A DNA stretch of 64,000 nucleotides from Candidatus Latescibacterota bacterium. Lineage in GTDB: Bacteria > Latescibacterota > UBA2968. The notes beneath the pieces are model-generated. The model saw only the letters and a list, made by a program, of their open reading frames with translations, was not told where the DNA came from and did not search any database. The translations under genes were made by a program, and so were the position numbers. Within the stretch, counting starts at the first letter, position 1. Every line of letters begins with the position of its first letter. Shown in pieces: positions 9,663 through 18,807 of this stretch. The stretch is taken from positions 1,184,001 through 1,248,000 of the forward strand of contig OZ242010.1 of the NCBI GenBank assembly GCA_965204745.1. Reading direction: 5' to 3'.

Positions 9663-10997
9663 TTATCGGTCATCGCGACGCTTGCGGTTTAATCTATCCG
9701 CGCATTCCCGCCCCAAGTCGCGCATAATCTCCAGGTAAATCGGATGTTCGCCTTGAACGGGTTGTACATCTTCGCCATTGACCATGCGATTGGCCGCAAT
9801 CAGCGCCGATTGGATGCGGTCGCTCTGCTCGGTGTAGCGTCGAAAAACGCGCCGCACTGCTTCTCGCGCCCTGTGGATGGGCAGCGCGTCATCGCGCCGG
9901 TCTTGGGCCTCGTGTTCATCGCGCCATTGAATGCGGTGCGCGCAGGTGTATGGCAAGACCGTGCGGATGTGTTCGAGATCCACTTCTGAATCGCGCGACA
10001 ACCACGCGAGGGCTTGGGCATAGCGGCGCAGGGAAATGGGCAGGCGATTGGACGGACAGGCTCGCACTTCGTAACACAAATAGCCCGTGTAGTGACAGCC
10101 CTCGCCGCAGACTTCATGGGTGCGCTTTTGCCCGTATTTGCAACAAAAAGACAACTCGGCCAAAAAGGTTCGCACAAAGGCACTCGCGTCTGACCGCACG
10201 GGCAACGCGGCCATCTCGTCGCGAATCGCCGCCCGCTCGGCACGCCCCAAGGTGGGCACGGACAAGCGTTCGGAAATCGCTTTGCCATAGTCCGCACAAA
10301 TCGCTTCCACATCCCCATTGCGCTTTGCCAACCGCGCTTGGATGGCCCGCTCGCGCTGCGGGTCGCGCAACAGCGATGCAGGGGGGGATTCCGCGCCGAT
10401 CATCCACGACAAATTCGCGCCCGGGTATTTGGATTCCACCATCACGTCAAAGCGATCCAAAAGGGGGACGACGATGGTATTTGTGCCGCGATCCTGGTAA
10501 TTGGCCGTTGCAAACAAACAGTATTCTTCGTTGGTCTGCACCTGGTTCAAATACGTCCAAGTGCCGCGATCCACCCCGTTCAAAATCAAGCTCTGCTTGG
10601 TTTCCGGCAGGCGGTTGATTTCATCTATGACCTTGACGGGCAAGACGGAAAACGCGGACCACACCACTTCTTCGTCGCCGCGGTTGAGCGCGCCCAGGTT
10701 GGGCCGCCCGACGATTTTTTCCTCGGTCTGTTCGGGATGCCCGCTCACCTCGGCTTCCCACACGGCCCCCAAGGGCAGGCGATAGAGCAACGCGCCGATG
10801 TACTCTGCGGACGTGGTTTTGCCCAAGCCGGGTTCGCCCACGATCAGAATTTTGCCCCCCAACAAGCCGGTCAGCGCGCTGAACAACAAAGCGGCGTTGT
10901 GCGTCTGCCCCTTGATTTCTAGATCGGCGCGGTTGAAATACAACCGATCTTGGATAAAGGCGATGATGTCGCGGACTGTGGTCTGTAAATCGGCCAT
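9663..10997 (-). CDS. MoxR-like AAA+ ATPase
   Basis: GEPGLGKT Walker A, IDEINR Walker B, FATAN, LLDRFD. Confidence 0.85.
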   Translation of the reverse strand: MADLQTTVRDIIAFIQDRLYFNRADLEIKGQTHNAALLFSALTGLLGGKILIVGEPGLGKTTSAEYIGALLYRLPLGAVWEAEVSGHPEQTEEKIVGRPNLGALNRGDEEVVWSAFSVLPVKVIDEINRLPETKQSLILNGVDRGTWTYLNQVQTNEEYCLFATANYQDRGTNTIVVPLLDRFDVMVESKYPGANLSWMIGAESPPASLLRDPQRERAIQARLAKRNGDVEAICADYGKAISERLSVPTLGRAERAAIRDEMAALPVRSDASAFVRTFLAELSFCCKYGQKRTHEVCGEGCHYTGYLCYEVRACPSNRLPISLRRYAQALAWLSRDSEVDLEHIRTVLPYTCAHRIQWRDEHEAQDRRDDALPIHRAREAVRRVFRRYTEQSDRIQSALIAANRMVNGEDVQPVQGEHPIYLEIMRDLGRECADRLNRKRRDDR

Positions 10998-11006
10998 GGC
11001 TATCAC

Positions 11007-11816
11007 TCATTTGGCGCGCCGTCGCAACCATTCGACGGTGAGCAGCAACAACACGGCAAACGCGATCAGGAAAGTCGCCACGGCCAAAATGGTCGGGCTG
11101 ATCTGTTCGCGGATGCCCGCCCACATTTGGCGCGGGATGGTGCGTTGCTCCACGCTGCCCATAAAGAGCACGACGACCACTTCGTCAAAAGAGGTTGCAA
11201 ATGCGAAGAGCGCGCCAGAAATCACGCCCGGCGCGATCAGCGGGAGTTGCACGCGGCGAAACGCAAGCACCGGGCCGGCGCCCAGGCTCGCGGCGGCCCG
11301 CGTCAGGTTTGTGTCAAAGGCGGACAGGGTAGCGGTCACGGTGATCACGACAAATGGCGTGCCGAGTGCGGCGTGGGCGAGGATCAAGCCGAGGTGGGTT
11401 TGGGCGAGGCCCAGGTTGGAATAAAAGAAAAACATGCCCGCTGCGGAGATGATCACCGGCGTGACCATCGGGGAAATGAGCAGGCCCATGGCGAAGCGGC
11501 GGCCGGGCATGACCGGGCTAGAAAGCCCCAGCGCGGCCAGGGTGCCCAGCGCGGTTGCCAGCGCGGTTGCGGCAATGCCGATGATCAAGCTGTTGCCGAG
11601 GGCGCGCGTCCACACTTCGTCTTCGATGATTTGCCGGTACCAGCGCAGCGAATACGCTTCGGCATCGAGGCGCAACATGCCCTCGGTGAAGGTGAAGTAG
11701 GGTTCGGCATTAAAACTGAGGGGAACGATCACCAGGATCGGCGCGATCAAAAACGCGAAGATCAGGGTACAACAGACCAGGTAAGCTAGCCGACCGACGT
11801 TTTGTTTTGGGATCAT
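11007..11816 (-). CDS. potC: Polyamine-type ABC transporter permease (PotC-like)
   Basis: SLRWY, AAASLGA EAA loop, FATSFDEVVV. Confidence 0.85.
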   Translation of the reverse strand: MIPKQNVGRLAYLVCCTLIFAFLIAPILVIVPLSFNAEPYFTFTEGMLRLDAEAYSLRWYRQIIEDEVWTRALGNSLIIGIAATALATALGTLAALGLSSPVMPGRRFAMGLLISPMVTPVIISAAGMFFFYSNLGLAQTHLGLILAHAALGTPFVVITVTATLSAFDTNLTRAAASLGAGPVLAFRRVQLPLIAPGVISGALFAFATSFDEVVVVLFMGSVEQRTIPRQMWAGIREQISPTILAVATFLIAFAVLLLLTVEWLRRRAK

Positions 11817-11817
11817 A

Positions 11818-13032
11818 TCAGCCCAACCTCATGCGTTCGATGCCGACCAAGCGGTCGTAGAACAGATAGAGCGCGACGACGCAGACCAAGAGGATGCCCC
11901 CAAGTGCCGCGGCCAAACTCCAGTTGAGGGAGGTCTGCATGTGGTAGGCGATCATGTTGGAGATGAGTTGCCCGCTGCTGCCGCCCACCAGCGCGGGGGT
12001 GATGTAGTAGCCAATGGCGAGGATGAACACGAGGAGGGATCCCGCGCCCACGCCGGGCAGGGTTTGCGGCCAATACACGCGCCAAAACGCCTGAAAGGAA
12101 CTCGCGCCAAGCGACGAGGCCGCGCGCATTTGGGTTGGCGGAATGGCGCGCATGATCGAGTAGAGGGGCAAGATCATGAAGGGCAAGAGCACATGGGTCA
12201 TCGCCACCAGCGTGCCGGTCATGTTATAGACCATCGCGATCCGACCGTCGTCGCCAATCAGCCCGAGTGAGACGAGCAGACTGTTGAGCACGCCCTGCTT
12301 TTGGAGCAAGACGATCCACGAGGTCGTCCGCACGAGGAGCGACGTCCAAAAGGGCACGAGCACGAGGATGAGGAGTAGGTTTGAGACGCGCGCGGACGCA
12401 TGCGCGATCAGATGGGCGATGGGATAGCCGAGCAACAGACAAAGGCCGGTGATGATCAGGCTCACGACAAGGGTGCGCCACAAGAGGGACAAATAGATGC
12501 GGCGCTCTGCGGGTTGACTGGCGATGGCGCCATCGGGCAGGCGTTGCATATCGAGTGCGTTGAGGTAGTGCCGCGAGGTGAAACGCGCACCCGCGCTGCG
12601 GATCGCATGCCATGTTTGCACATCGCCCCAGGCCGCGTCGATGCGGATCATCGCGTCTCGCCATGGCCCCTCGTCCATGCTCCGCAACCGTCGCACGCTG
12701 CGCGTCATCACACTGCGAAGCCCGGCATGCACGCGATTGACGCGCCCGGCAATCCGACCGAGCGTGCGCTCCGCATAAGCCTTTCGGAGTTCGCGGGCGA
12801 TGGCTTCATAGACCGCCTCGTCGGGCGTGCCCGCCCCGTCCCATTGCGAAAGCAGATCCAGGGTTTCGGGCAGGGCATCGGCGACCACCGGGTCGTGAAT
12901 GCTCCGGATGAGCATCGTCGCGAGCGGCGCGACAAAGGTGATGCCGATAAAGGCCAGCAATGGCAACACCAACCCCACGGCGCGCAGGCGCGGGCGAATA
13001 TCGGAGATTTTGATGTCTGTCTTGGGTTTCAC
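11818..13032 (-). CDS. potB: Polyamine-type ABC transporter permease (PotB-like)
   Basis: PFWTSLLVRT, AASSLGA, GYYITPALVGG. Confidence 0.85.
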   Translation of the reverse strand: MKPKTDIKISDIRPRLRAVGLVLPLLAFIGITFVAPLATMLIRSIHDPVVADALPETLDLLSQWDGAGTPDEAVYEAIARELRKAYAERTLGRIAGRVNRVHAGLRSVMTRSVRRLRSMDEGPWRDAMIRIDAAWGDVQTWHAIRSAGARFTSRHYLNALDMQRLPDGAIASQPAERRIYLSLLWRTLVVSLIITGLCLLLGYPIAHLIAHASARVSNLLLILVLVPFWTSLLVRTTSWIVLLQKQGVLNSLLVSLGLIGDDGRIAMVYNMTGTLVAMTHVLLPFMILPLYSIMRAIPPTQMRAASSLGASSFQAFWRVYWPQTLPGVGAGSLLVFILAIGYYITPALVGGSSGQLISNMIAYHMQTSLNWSLAAALGGILLVCVVALYLFYDRLVGIERMRLG

Positions 13033-13418
13033 AATCTCGTCACTTTCATGTGCGTGTTCTTGAGCCGCGTGGATGGGAGTCGCGTGAGTTTCTGATTGCG
13101 CGGGTCGATCTCAATACCCACGGATTCCAAGGCCGTCACACCGAGCAGTGGTTCGGCATCCGCTTCTCCGAATACAATCGTCGATCCGACGATCTCGCCC
13201 ATAAATTCGATATCCCCGGTCGTAATGTCCATTTTGACTTCGCTACCGTCGGCCAACCCATACACCCGCTGTCCTTTGGGCTTGAGACCGATGGCTTCCA
13301 AATGCGGCCTGGGCACGAGCGAATCAACCGCGCCCGTATCGACCAAGAACAGCCCTTCCCAAAATTTGTCTGGTTCAGCCGGGTTCCGAATGACAGCGGT
13401 GACATGTGTTACGCCCAT
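13029..13418 (-). CDS. Clan AA (retropepsin-like) aspartic protease
   Basis: FLVDTGA and PLLGVTALE motifs; RBS AAGGAG before ATG at 13418. Confidence 0.85.
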   Translation of the reverse strand: MGVTHVTAVIRNPAEPDKFWEGLFLVDTGAVDSLVPRPHLEAIGLKPKGQRVYGLADGSEVKMDITTGDIEFMGEIVGSTIVFGEADAEPLLGVTALESVGIEIDPRNQKLTRLPSTRLKNTHMKVTRL

Positions 13419-13419
13419 T

Positions 13420-13599
13420 TCAACGCTCCTTGTAGAGCCCGATTGTCGCGTCGATATAGTCGCGCAACACGACCTTGCCGGTGTCCACATCGCCAGCGAG
13501 CATACATCCGATGCCTTCTTTCATGAGTTCCTCGCGGAAAGCAGGGTCTCGCTGGACACGGGCCAGTATCACCTTTTTGACATCACATGTAAGTGCCAT
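13420..13599 (-). pseudogene. Truncated antitoxin/transcriptional regulator (HigA-like N-terminus)
   Basis: Manual translation MALTCDVKKVILARVQRDPAFREELMKEGIGCMLAGDVDTGKVVLRDYIDATIG; the HTH half is missing. A RelE-like toxin tail (AAQDLWQAYKRHK) lies just upstream. Confidence 0.6.
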
Positions 13600-13753
13600 T
13601 GCTATTCTCTCAGTTGTTTGTGCCGTTTATACGCTTGCCAGAGGTCTTGAGCGGCGGCGATCTGTTCAATCCTGTCCTTAGGTCATGCCGCTCCTTCCAC
13701 GCGCTTGCGGATCGCTGAAATCTCCCAGATGCTTCGATCTCGAGAAAGGGTAC

Positions 13754-14857
13754 TCACTGCGCCAACCAAGTGCTGAAGCGTTCGTTCATGTCGTCGTCGT
13801 GGTCGCTTCGCCACTCCCAGGAATTTCGCACGGCGCGCTTGATATTTTGCTGGCTCGTGGGCATGTGCGGCATCATCTCTACGCCGGTCTCGGCGTGCGT
13901 GGAGATCAGTTGCATCGCAGAATGGCGTGAGGGGCTGTACGCGATGTAGCGCCCGACGCCGGCCATGGCTTCCGCCTTGGCGGCAAAATTGAGAAACTTC
14001 TTTGCGGCATCGAGGTTGCGCGCGCCCGCGACTATCGCAAGCCCGCCGACCTCGAGGATCTGACCGTCCCAGACGATGACGAACGGTTGGTTTTCCAGCA
14101 CTTGGGCATTGAAGATGCGCCCGTTGTACGCCGTGCTCATCACCACCTCGCCATCGGCGAGCATCTGCGGGGGCTGGGCGCCGGCTTCCCACCATACGAT
14201 GTGGTCTTTGATGGTGTCCAACTTGCGGAAGGCGCGATCCATCCCCGCCTGTGTGGCGAGCACCGCGTACACCGAATCGGTGGGCACCCCGTCGGCAACC
14301 AGCGCGAATTCCAAATTTGCTTGGGGCGCGCGGCGCATCCCGCGGCGGCCCGGGAATTTCTCGAGGTCGAAAAAGTCGGCCATTGTGGTCGGTTTTTCGC
14401 CTGGGATGAGGTCTGAGTTATAGGCATATACGGTGGAGGCGAACAGGGTTGCCACGCCGCATTCCGTCTCTGTGCCAATAAAAAAATCTTCCGAAGCGGG
14501 TGTGCCATCTACGCCTGGGGGCAACGAACTGGTATCGAAGCGTTCCAACAACCCCTCGTCACAACCGCGCACGATGTAGGTGAGGTCCAGATCGACCACA
14601 TCCCAGTGGACATTCCCAGTCTCGACCTGTGCGCGAATTTCCGCCAACCCGCCGTTGTAGCTTTCGAGTTTGATCTCGATACCCGTTTCAGCGGTGAATT
14701 GCTCGTGGTAGCCCTTGACGCATGCCCGCGCATAAGAGCCGCCCCACGAAACCACAGTCAGGGTCTGGTGTTCGTCCGCGTCAGCGCGATTCCACGCCAG
14801 CATCGCCAAGGCGATCAGCACCGCCATTGCCTTCATGTGTGTGTGTTTGCACGTCAT
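13754..14857 (-). CDS. Polyamine-type ABC substrate-binding protein (copy 2)
   Basis: Signal peptide, SWGGSY, FFDLEKFPGRRG, AYNGRIF. Confidence 0.9.
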   Translation of the reverse strand: MTCKHTHMKAMAVLIALAMLAWNRADADEHQTLTVVSWGGSYARACVKGYHEQFTAETGIEIKLESYNGGLAEIRAQVETGNVHWDVVDLDLTYIVRGCDEGLLERFDTSSLPPGVDGTPASEDFFIGTETECGVATLFASTVYAYNSDLIPGEKPTTMADFFDLEKFPGRRGMRRAPQANLEFALVADGVPTDSVYAVLATQAGMDRAFRKLDTIKDHIVWWEAGAQPPQMLADGEVVMSTAYNGRIFNAQVLENQPFVIVWDGQILEVGGLAIVAGARNLDAAKKFLNFAAKAEAMAGVGRYIAYSPSRHSAMQLISTHAETGVEMMPHMPTSQQNIKRAVRNSWEWRSDHDDDMNERFSTWLAQ

Positions 14858-14908
14858 GGTGTGTCCTCCTCGTGGTTTGGGTTGAGCATCCGGTTGTGGA
14901 ATGTGATC

Positions 14909-16006
14909 TCAGCGGGCCAGCCAAGCGCTGAAACGCTCGTTCATTTCGTCTTGGTGATCGGTCCACCACTCCCAGTTGTTGCGTAAAAAGTGACCGGGGA
15001 CGAGGTTTTGAGGACTGGTGGGCATGTGCGGCATCATCTCCACACCGGTCTCTGCGTGCGTGGAGATCAAGGCCATGCCAGAGCGACGGGCGGGGCTGTA
15101 CGCGATGTAATGCCCGACGCCGGCCATGGACTCGGCCGTCGAGGCGAATTGGACGAACTCGAGCGCGGCATCGAGATTGGGCGTCCCCGCGACCACCGCG
15201 ATTTGGCCTATGTCCAAAACCTGACCGTCCCAGACGATGACGAACGGCTGGTTTTCCAACACCTGTGCGTTGAAGATGCGCCCGTTGTACGCCGTGCTCA
15301 TCACCACCTCGCCATCGGCGAGCATCTGCGGGGGCTGGGCGCCGGCTTCCCACCACACGACATCGTCTTTGATGGTGTCCAACTTGCGAAAGGCGCGGTT
15401 CACCCCCTCCGGCGTGCCGAGCGCGATGTACACCGAGTCGGGCGGCACCCCGTCGGCCATCAGGGCGAACTCCAAATTCACTTGGGGGACGCGGCGCATC
15501 CCGCGGCGGCCCGGAAATTTTTCCAGATCAAAAAAGTCGGCAATGGTCGTCGGTTTGGGGCCGGGGATGTTCGCTTTGTTGTACGCGTAGATCGTGGCGT
15601 AGAACAGCGTCCCCACGCCGCATTCGGTCTGCGTCTCGGGGATGAAGTCCTCGGCGGCCGGGGTGCCGTCGGGTGCGGGGGGCAACGAATCGAGCGCGAT
15701 GGGCTCCAACAAGCCCTCGTCGCAACCGCGCACCGCGTCGGAGATATCGAGATCGATGACATCCCAGTGGACCTTGCCCACGGCGACTTGGGCGCGAATT
15801 TGCGCCAACCCACCGTTGTATTCTTCGATGTTGAGGGCGATGCCCGTTTCCTCGGTGAAACGCTCGTGGTAGCCCTTGACGCAGGCCCGTTCATAAGAGC
15901 CGCCCCAAGAAGTCACGGTCAGCACTTGGTCGTCTGCGCGTGCGCGCCCCCAACTCAACAGCGCCAGCGCGATCAGAACCGCGCTGCAAAAGGTCTTCTG
16001 ATTCAT
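14909..16006 (-). CDS. Polyamine-type ABC substrate-binding protein (copy 1)
   Basis: Paralogue of 13754-14857; start MNQKTF at 16006 after GAGGAGG. Confidence 0.9.
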   Translation of the reverse strand: MNQKTFCSAVLIALALLSWGRARADDQVLTVTSWGGSYERACVKGYHERFTEETGIALNIEEYNGGLAQIRAQVAVGKVHWDVIDLDISDAVRGCDEGLLEPIALDSLPPAPDGTPAAEDFIPETQTECGVGTLFYATIYAYNKANIPGPKPTTIADFFDLEKFPGRRGMRRVPQVNLEFALMADGVPPDSVYIALGTPEGVNRAFRKLDTIKDDVVWWEAGAQPPQMLADGEVVMSTAYNGRIFNAQVLENQPFVIVWDGQVLDIGQIAVVAGTPNLDAALEFVQFASTAESMAGVGHYIAYSPARRSGMALISTHAETGVEMMPHMPTSPQNLVPGHFLRNNWEWWTDHQDEMNERFSAWLAR

Positions 16007-17136
16007 GGTGTGTCCTCCTCGTCGTCTGGGTCGAGCACCCGGCAGTCCGTCGGCGTCCAGCCAATGCGGATCTGATCGCCCGCTAAGATCGCGCCGTGCC
16101 CCACGATATTGGGAATTTTGGCGATGAAATCCGAACGGTCGCACACGCTCAAGCGCAGGCGCAAGTGGTCGCCCAAAAAGGTGATGTCCTCGATTTTGGC
16201 GTCGAGTTCATTGGTGTATAGGCCGGGATCGGGCGCGATGGCGACGCGCTCCGGGCGAATTGAAAGCGTGATGGAATCCCCGAGCCGACAGGGCACGACG
16301 CGCAACGCTTGAATGACCTGACCGCCGGTTTCCACCTCGCAGATGTCGTCCTCAACTTTTCTCACCCAACCGTGCAGGCGGTTGTTTTCGCCGATGAAGC
16401 GGGCGACAAATGAGCGTTTCGGCTCTTCGTAGAGGGCCTCGGGCTCGGCGATCTGCTCGATGTCTCCGCCGCGCAAAACCGCGATGCGATCCGACAAGAC
16501 CATCGCCTCTTGCTGGTCGTGCGTGACATAGACCATGGTCACGCCGAGGCTTTTGTGGATGCGCCGAATTTCGTACTGCATTTCCTCGCGCAAACGCCGG
16601 TCGAGCGCGCCCAGGGGTTCGTCCATCAGCACGAGATCGGGTTCGAATACCAACGCACGGGCGATAGCCACGCGCTGCTGTTGCCCGCCCGAGAGTTGCC
16701 CAGGCCGCCGGTCTTCCATGCCGCTGAGGCGCACCAAGCGCAGGGCACGCGCCACGCGCTCGCGGCATTCCTCGCGGTTGAACCCGCGCACCTCCAGCGG
16801 AAAGGCGAGGTTGCCGCTCACGGTCATGTGGGGGAAGAGCGCGTAGTTTTGAAACACCATCCCAATGCCGCGTTTGCGCGGGGGAAGCGCGTGAACGGAA
16901 CGCCCGTCGATGCGGATGGCGCCCGAGGTGGGCACCTCGAAGCCGGCGAGCATCATCAGGCACGTCGTCTTGCCCGATCCAGATGGGCCGAGCAGGGTCA
17001 AAAACTCGCCCTTGCGGACGCGGAGATCGACGTTGTGAACGACCATCGTCTGTCCGTCGTAGCTCTTGCAGACGCGCTCAAATTCGACGTACGCATCGTC
17101 ATTTGGGTTCATATCGGCATCGTCATTTGGGTTCAT
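16003..17136 (-). CDS. potA: Polyamine-type ABC transporter ATPase (PotA-like)
   Basis: GPSGSGKT, LSGGQQQR, MDEPLGALD, C-terminal TOBE region. Confidence 0.9.
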   Translation of the reverse strand: MNPNDDADMNPNDDAYVEFERVCKSYDGQTMVVHNVDLRVRKGEFLTLLGPSGSGKTTCLMMLAGFEVPTSGAIRIDGRSVHALPPRKRGIGMVFQNYALFPHMTVSGNLAFPLEVRGFNREECRERVARALRLVRLSGMEDRRPGQLSGGQQQRVAIARALVFEPDLVLMDEPLGALDRRLREEMQYEIRRIHKSLGVTMVYVTHDQQEAMVLSDRIAVLRGGDIEQIAEPEALYEEPKRSFVARFIGENNRLHGWVRKVEDDICEVETGGQVIQALRVVPCRLGDSITLSIRPERVAIAPDPGLYTNELDAKIEDITFLGDHLRLRLSVCDRSDFIAKIPNIVGHGAILAGDQIRIGWTPTDCRVLDPDDEEDTP

Positions 17137-17320
17137 GGCAGCATCTCTTTGTCGTAGGGATTTAGGGCAAAATAGGTTGGCGAGTCGCGTGTGTCAAGAT
17201 TAAAGCATGCCGAAAATTTTTTCAATGTCAATGTCTTTCCGCTTTCGCCATCGGGCGCGCTGGTATATATTGGAAACCGCTATCGCGAACTCATTGCACA
17301 ATTCTAAGGAGTCAAAACGC

Positions 17321-18058
17321 ATGCGGTACAAACGGGTTGTTCTCAAACTCAGTGGCGGCGCGGTTTCGGGCACCTTGGAATCGGGATTTGACCCGGAAGC
17401 CCTCGAACACATCGCCGACGAAATTCTCGACCTCCACGTGCGGGGCGTTGAAATTGGCATCGTCATCGGCGGCGGCAATATCTTTCGCGGGGACCAAAGT
17501 GCGCGCTGGGGCATCGAGCGGTCCGAGGCCGACAACATCGGCATGTTGGGCACGATCATCAACAGCCTGATGCTGCGCGGCGTGCTCAACGCCAAAAGCG
17601 ATGCCGAAGTGCGCGTGATGACCGCCATTCCGATCAACGCGGTCGCAGAGCCGTTTATTCGCTTGGTCGCGGCGCGGCATCTCGACAAGGGGTACGTCGT
17701 CATTTTTGCCGGCGGCATCGGCAATCCCTTTCTCACCACCGACTATCCCGGCGTGCAGCGCGCCCTCGAAGTGCGCGCAGAGGCCATTTTGTTTGCCAAG
17801 CACAAAACCAATGGCATCTATACGGACGATCCAAACAAAAACCCCGTTGCCAAACGCTATCGCCGGATCAGCCACGACACCATTATCCGCGAAAACCTGG
17901 GCGCGCTGGATCAGTCCGCAGTGCTTCTCGCCCGAGATCACAACTTGCCGATCCACGTTTTCGACTTTGAGCAAAAAGGCATGATGCGCCGCATTGTCGA
18001 AGGCCAAAACATCGGCACGCTCATCACCCAAACGCCTGAAGATGTGTTGGAAGGATGA
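17321..18058 (+). CDS. pyrH: UMP kinase
   Basis: VVLKLSG, GGGNIFRG, GGIGNPFLTTD; RBS AAGGAG before ATG at 17321. Confidence 0.9.
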   Translation: MRYKRVVLKLSGGAVSGTLESGFDPEALEHIADEILDLHVRGVEIGIVIGGGNIFRGDQSARWGIERSEADNIGMLGTIINSLMLRGVLNAKSDAEVRVMTAIPINAVAEPFIRLVAARHLDKGYVVIFAGGIGNPFLTTDYPGVQRALEVRAEAILFAKHKTNGIYTDDPNKNPVAKRYRRISHDTIIRENLGALDQSAVLLARDHNLPIHVFDFEQKGMMRRIVEGQNIGTLITQTPEDVLEG

Positions 18059-18061
18059 ACG

Positions 18062-18385
18062 ATGAAACCGTGCAAAAAAAGTCTCAAACTTGCAGAAAAA
18101 GTCAAACATCTGTTGATTGAAGGTGGGATTTCCCCCATTAAAACAGTTGTGTTTGGGTCAAGAGCACGCGGCGATGCGAAGTTGGAATCGGATTTGGATC
18201 TCCTCGTCATCGTTGAGAAACGAACGCCCGAGATTCGCCAAAAAATCAGCCATTGCGCTTGGGAGGTGGGATTTGATGCCGAGGTGATTATCCAAACAGT
18301 TGTGATGACACGCGATCAGTTGAACGGCCCGGAAGGATCATCTCCCCTCATAAATACCGTCAATACAGAAGGAGTGCCCGTTTGA
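18062..18385 (+). CDS. Minimal nucleotidyltransferase (MNT antitoxin)
   Basis: FGSRARGD...SDLDLLV. Confidence 0.9.
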   Translation: MKPCKKSLKLAEKVKHLLIEGGISPIKTVVFGSRARGDAKLESDLDLLVIVEKRTPEIRQKISHCAWEVGFDAEVIIQTVVMTRDQLNGPEGSSPLINTVNTEGVPV

Positions 18386-18807
18386 ATCAGGATGAGGTAA
18401 AAGTAATTATTCGAAACCGTTTTACGCAGGCCAAAGAAGCCCTGAATGATGCGCGATTTTTATTTTTTGCAAAGCGCGGCAATCGCACCATTGTCAATCG
18501 GTCGTATTACGCCGCGTTTTATGCGGGCCTCGCGCTTATGCAAAGTGCCGGGCTAACACCGCACAGACACCGAGGAGTGTTGTCGTTTTTTGATCGAGAA
18601 TTTGTTAGACCCGGCCACTTTTCAAAAGAAAACTCCCAACAATTTCATCAACTTTTCGACCTGCGTATGGAAGATGATTACGCACGGATGAGTTTCATTA
18701 CAAAAGAAGAAGCAGAGCAGGCTTTGTCATTATCCGAAAAATTTGTAGAAGCCGTTGGCACGTACCTCGTCCAAAATCAATATCTCGATCCGGAGACCCT
18801 CTCATGA
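18382..18807 (+). CDS. HEPN domain protein (UPF0332-type), MNT partner
   Basis: NRSYYAAFY, HRGV, R...DY; overlaps the MNT stop. Confidence 0.85.
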   Translation: MNQDEVKVIIRNRFTQAKEALNDARFLFFAKRGNRTIVNRSYYAAFYAGLALMQSAGLTPHRHRGVLSFFDREFVRPGHFSKENSQQFHQLFDLRMEDDYARMSFITKEEAEQALSLSEKFVEAVGTYLVQNQYLDPETLS

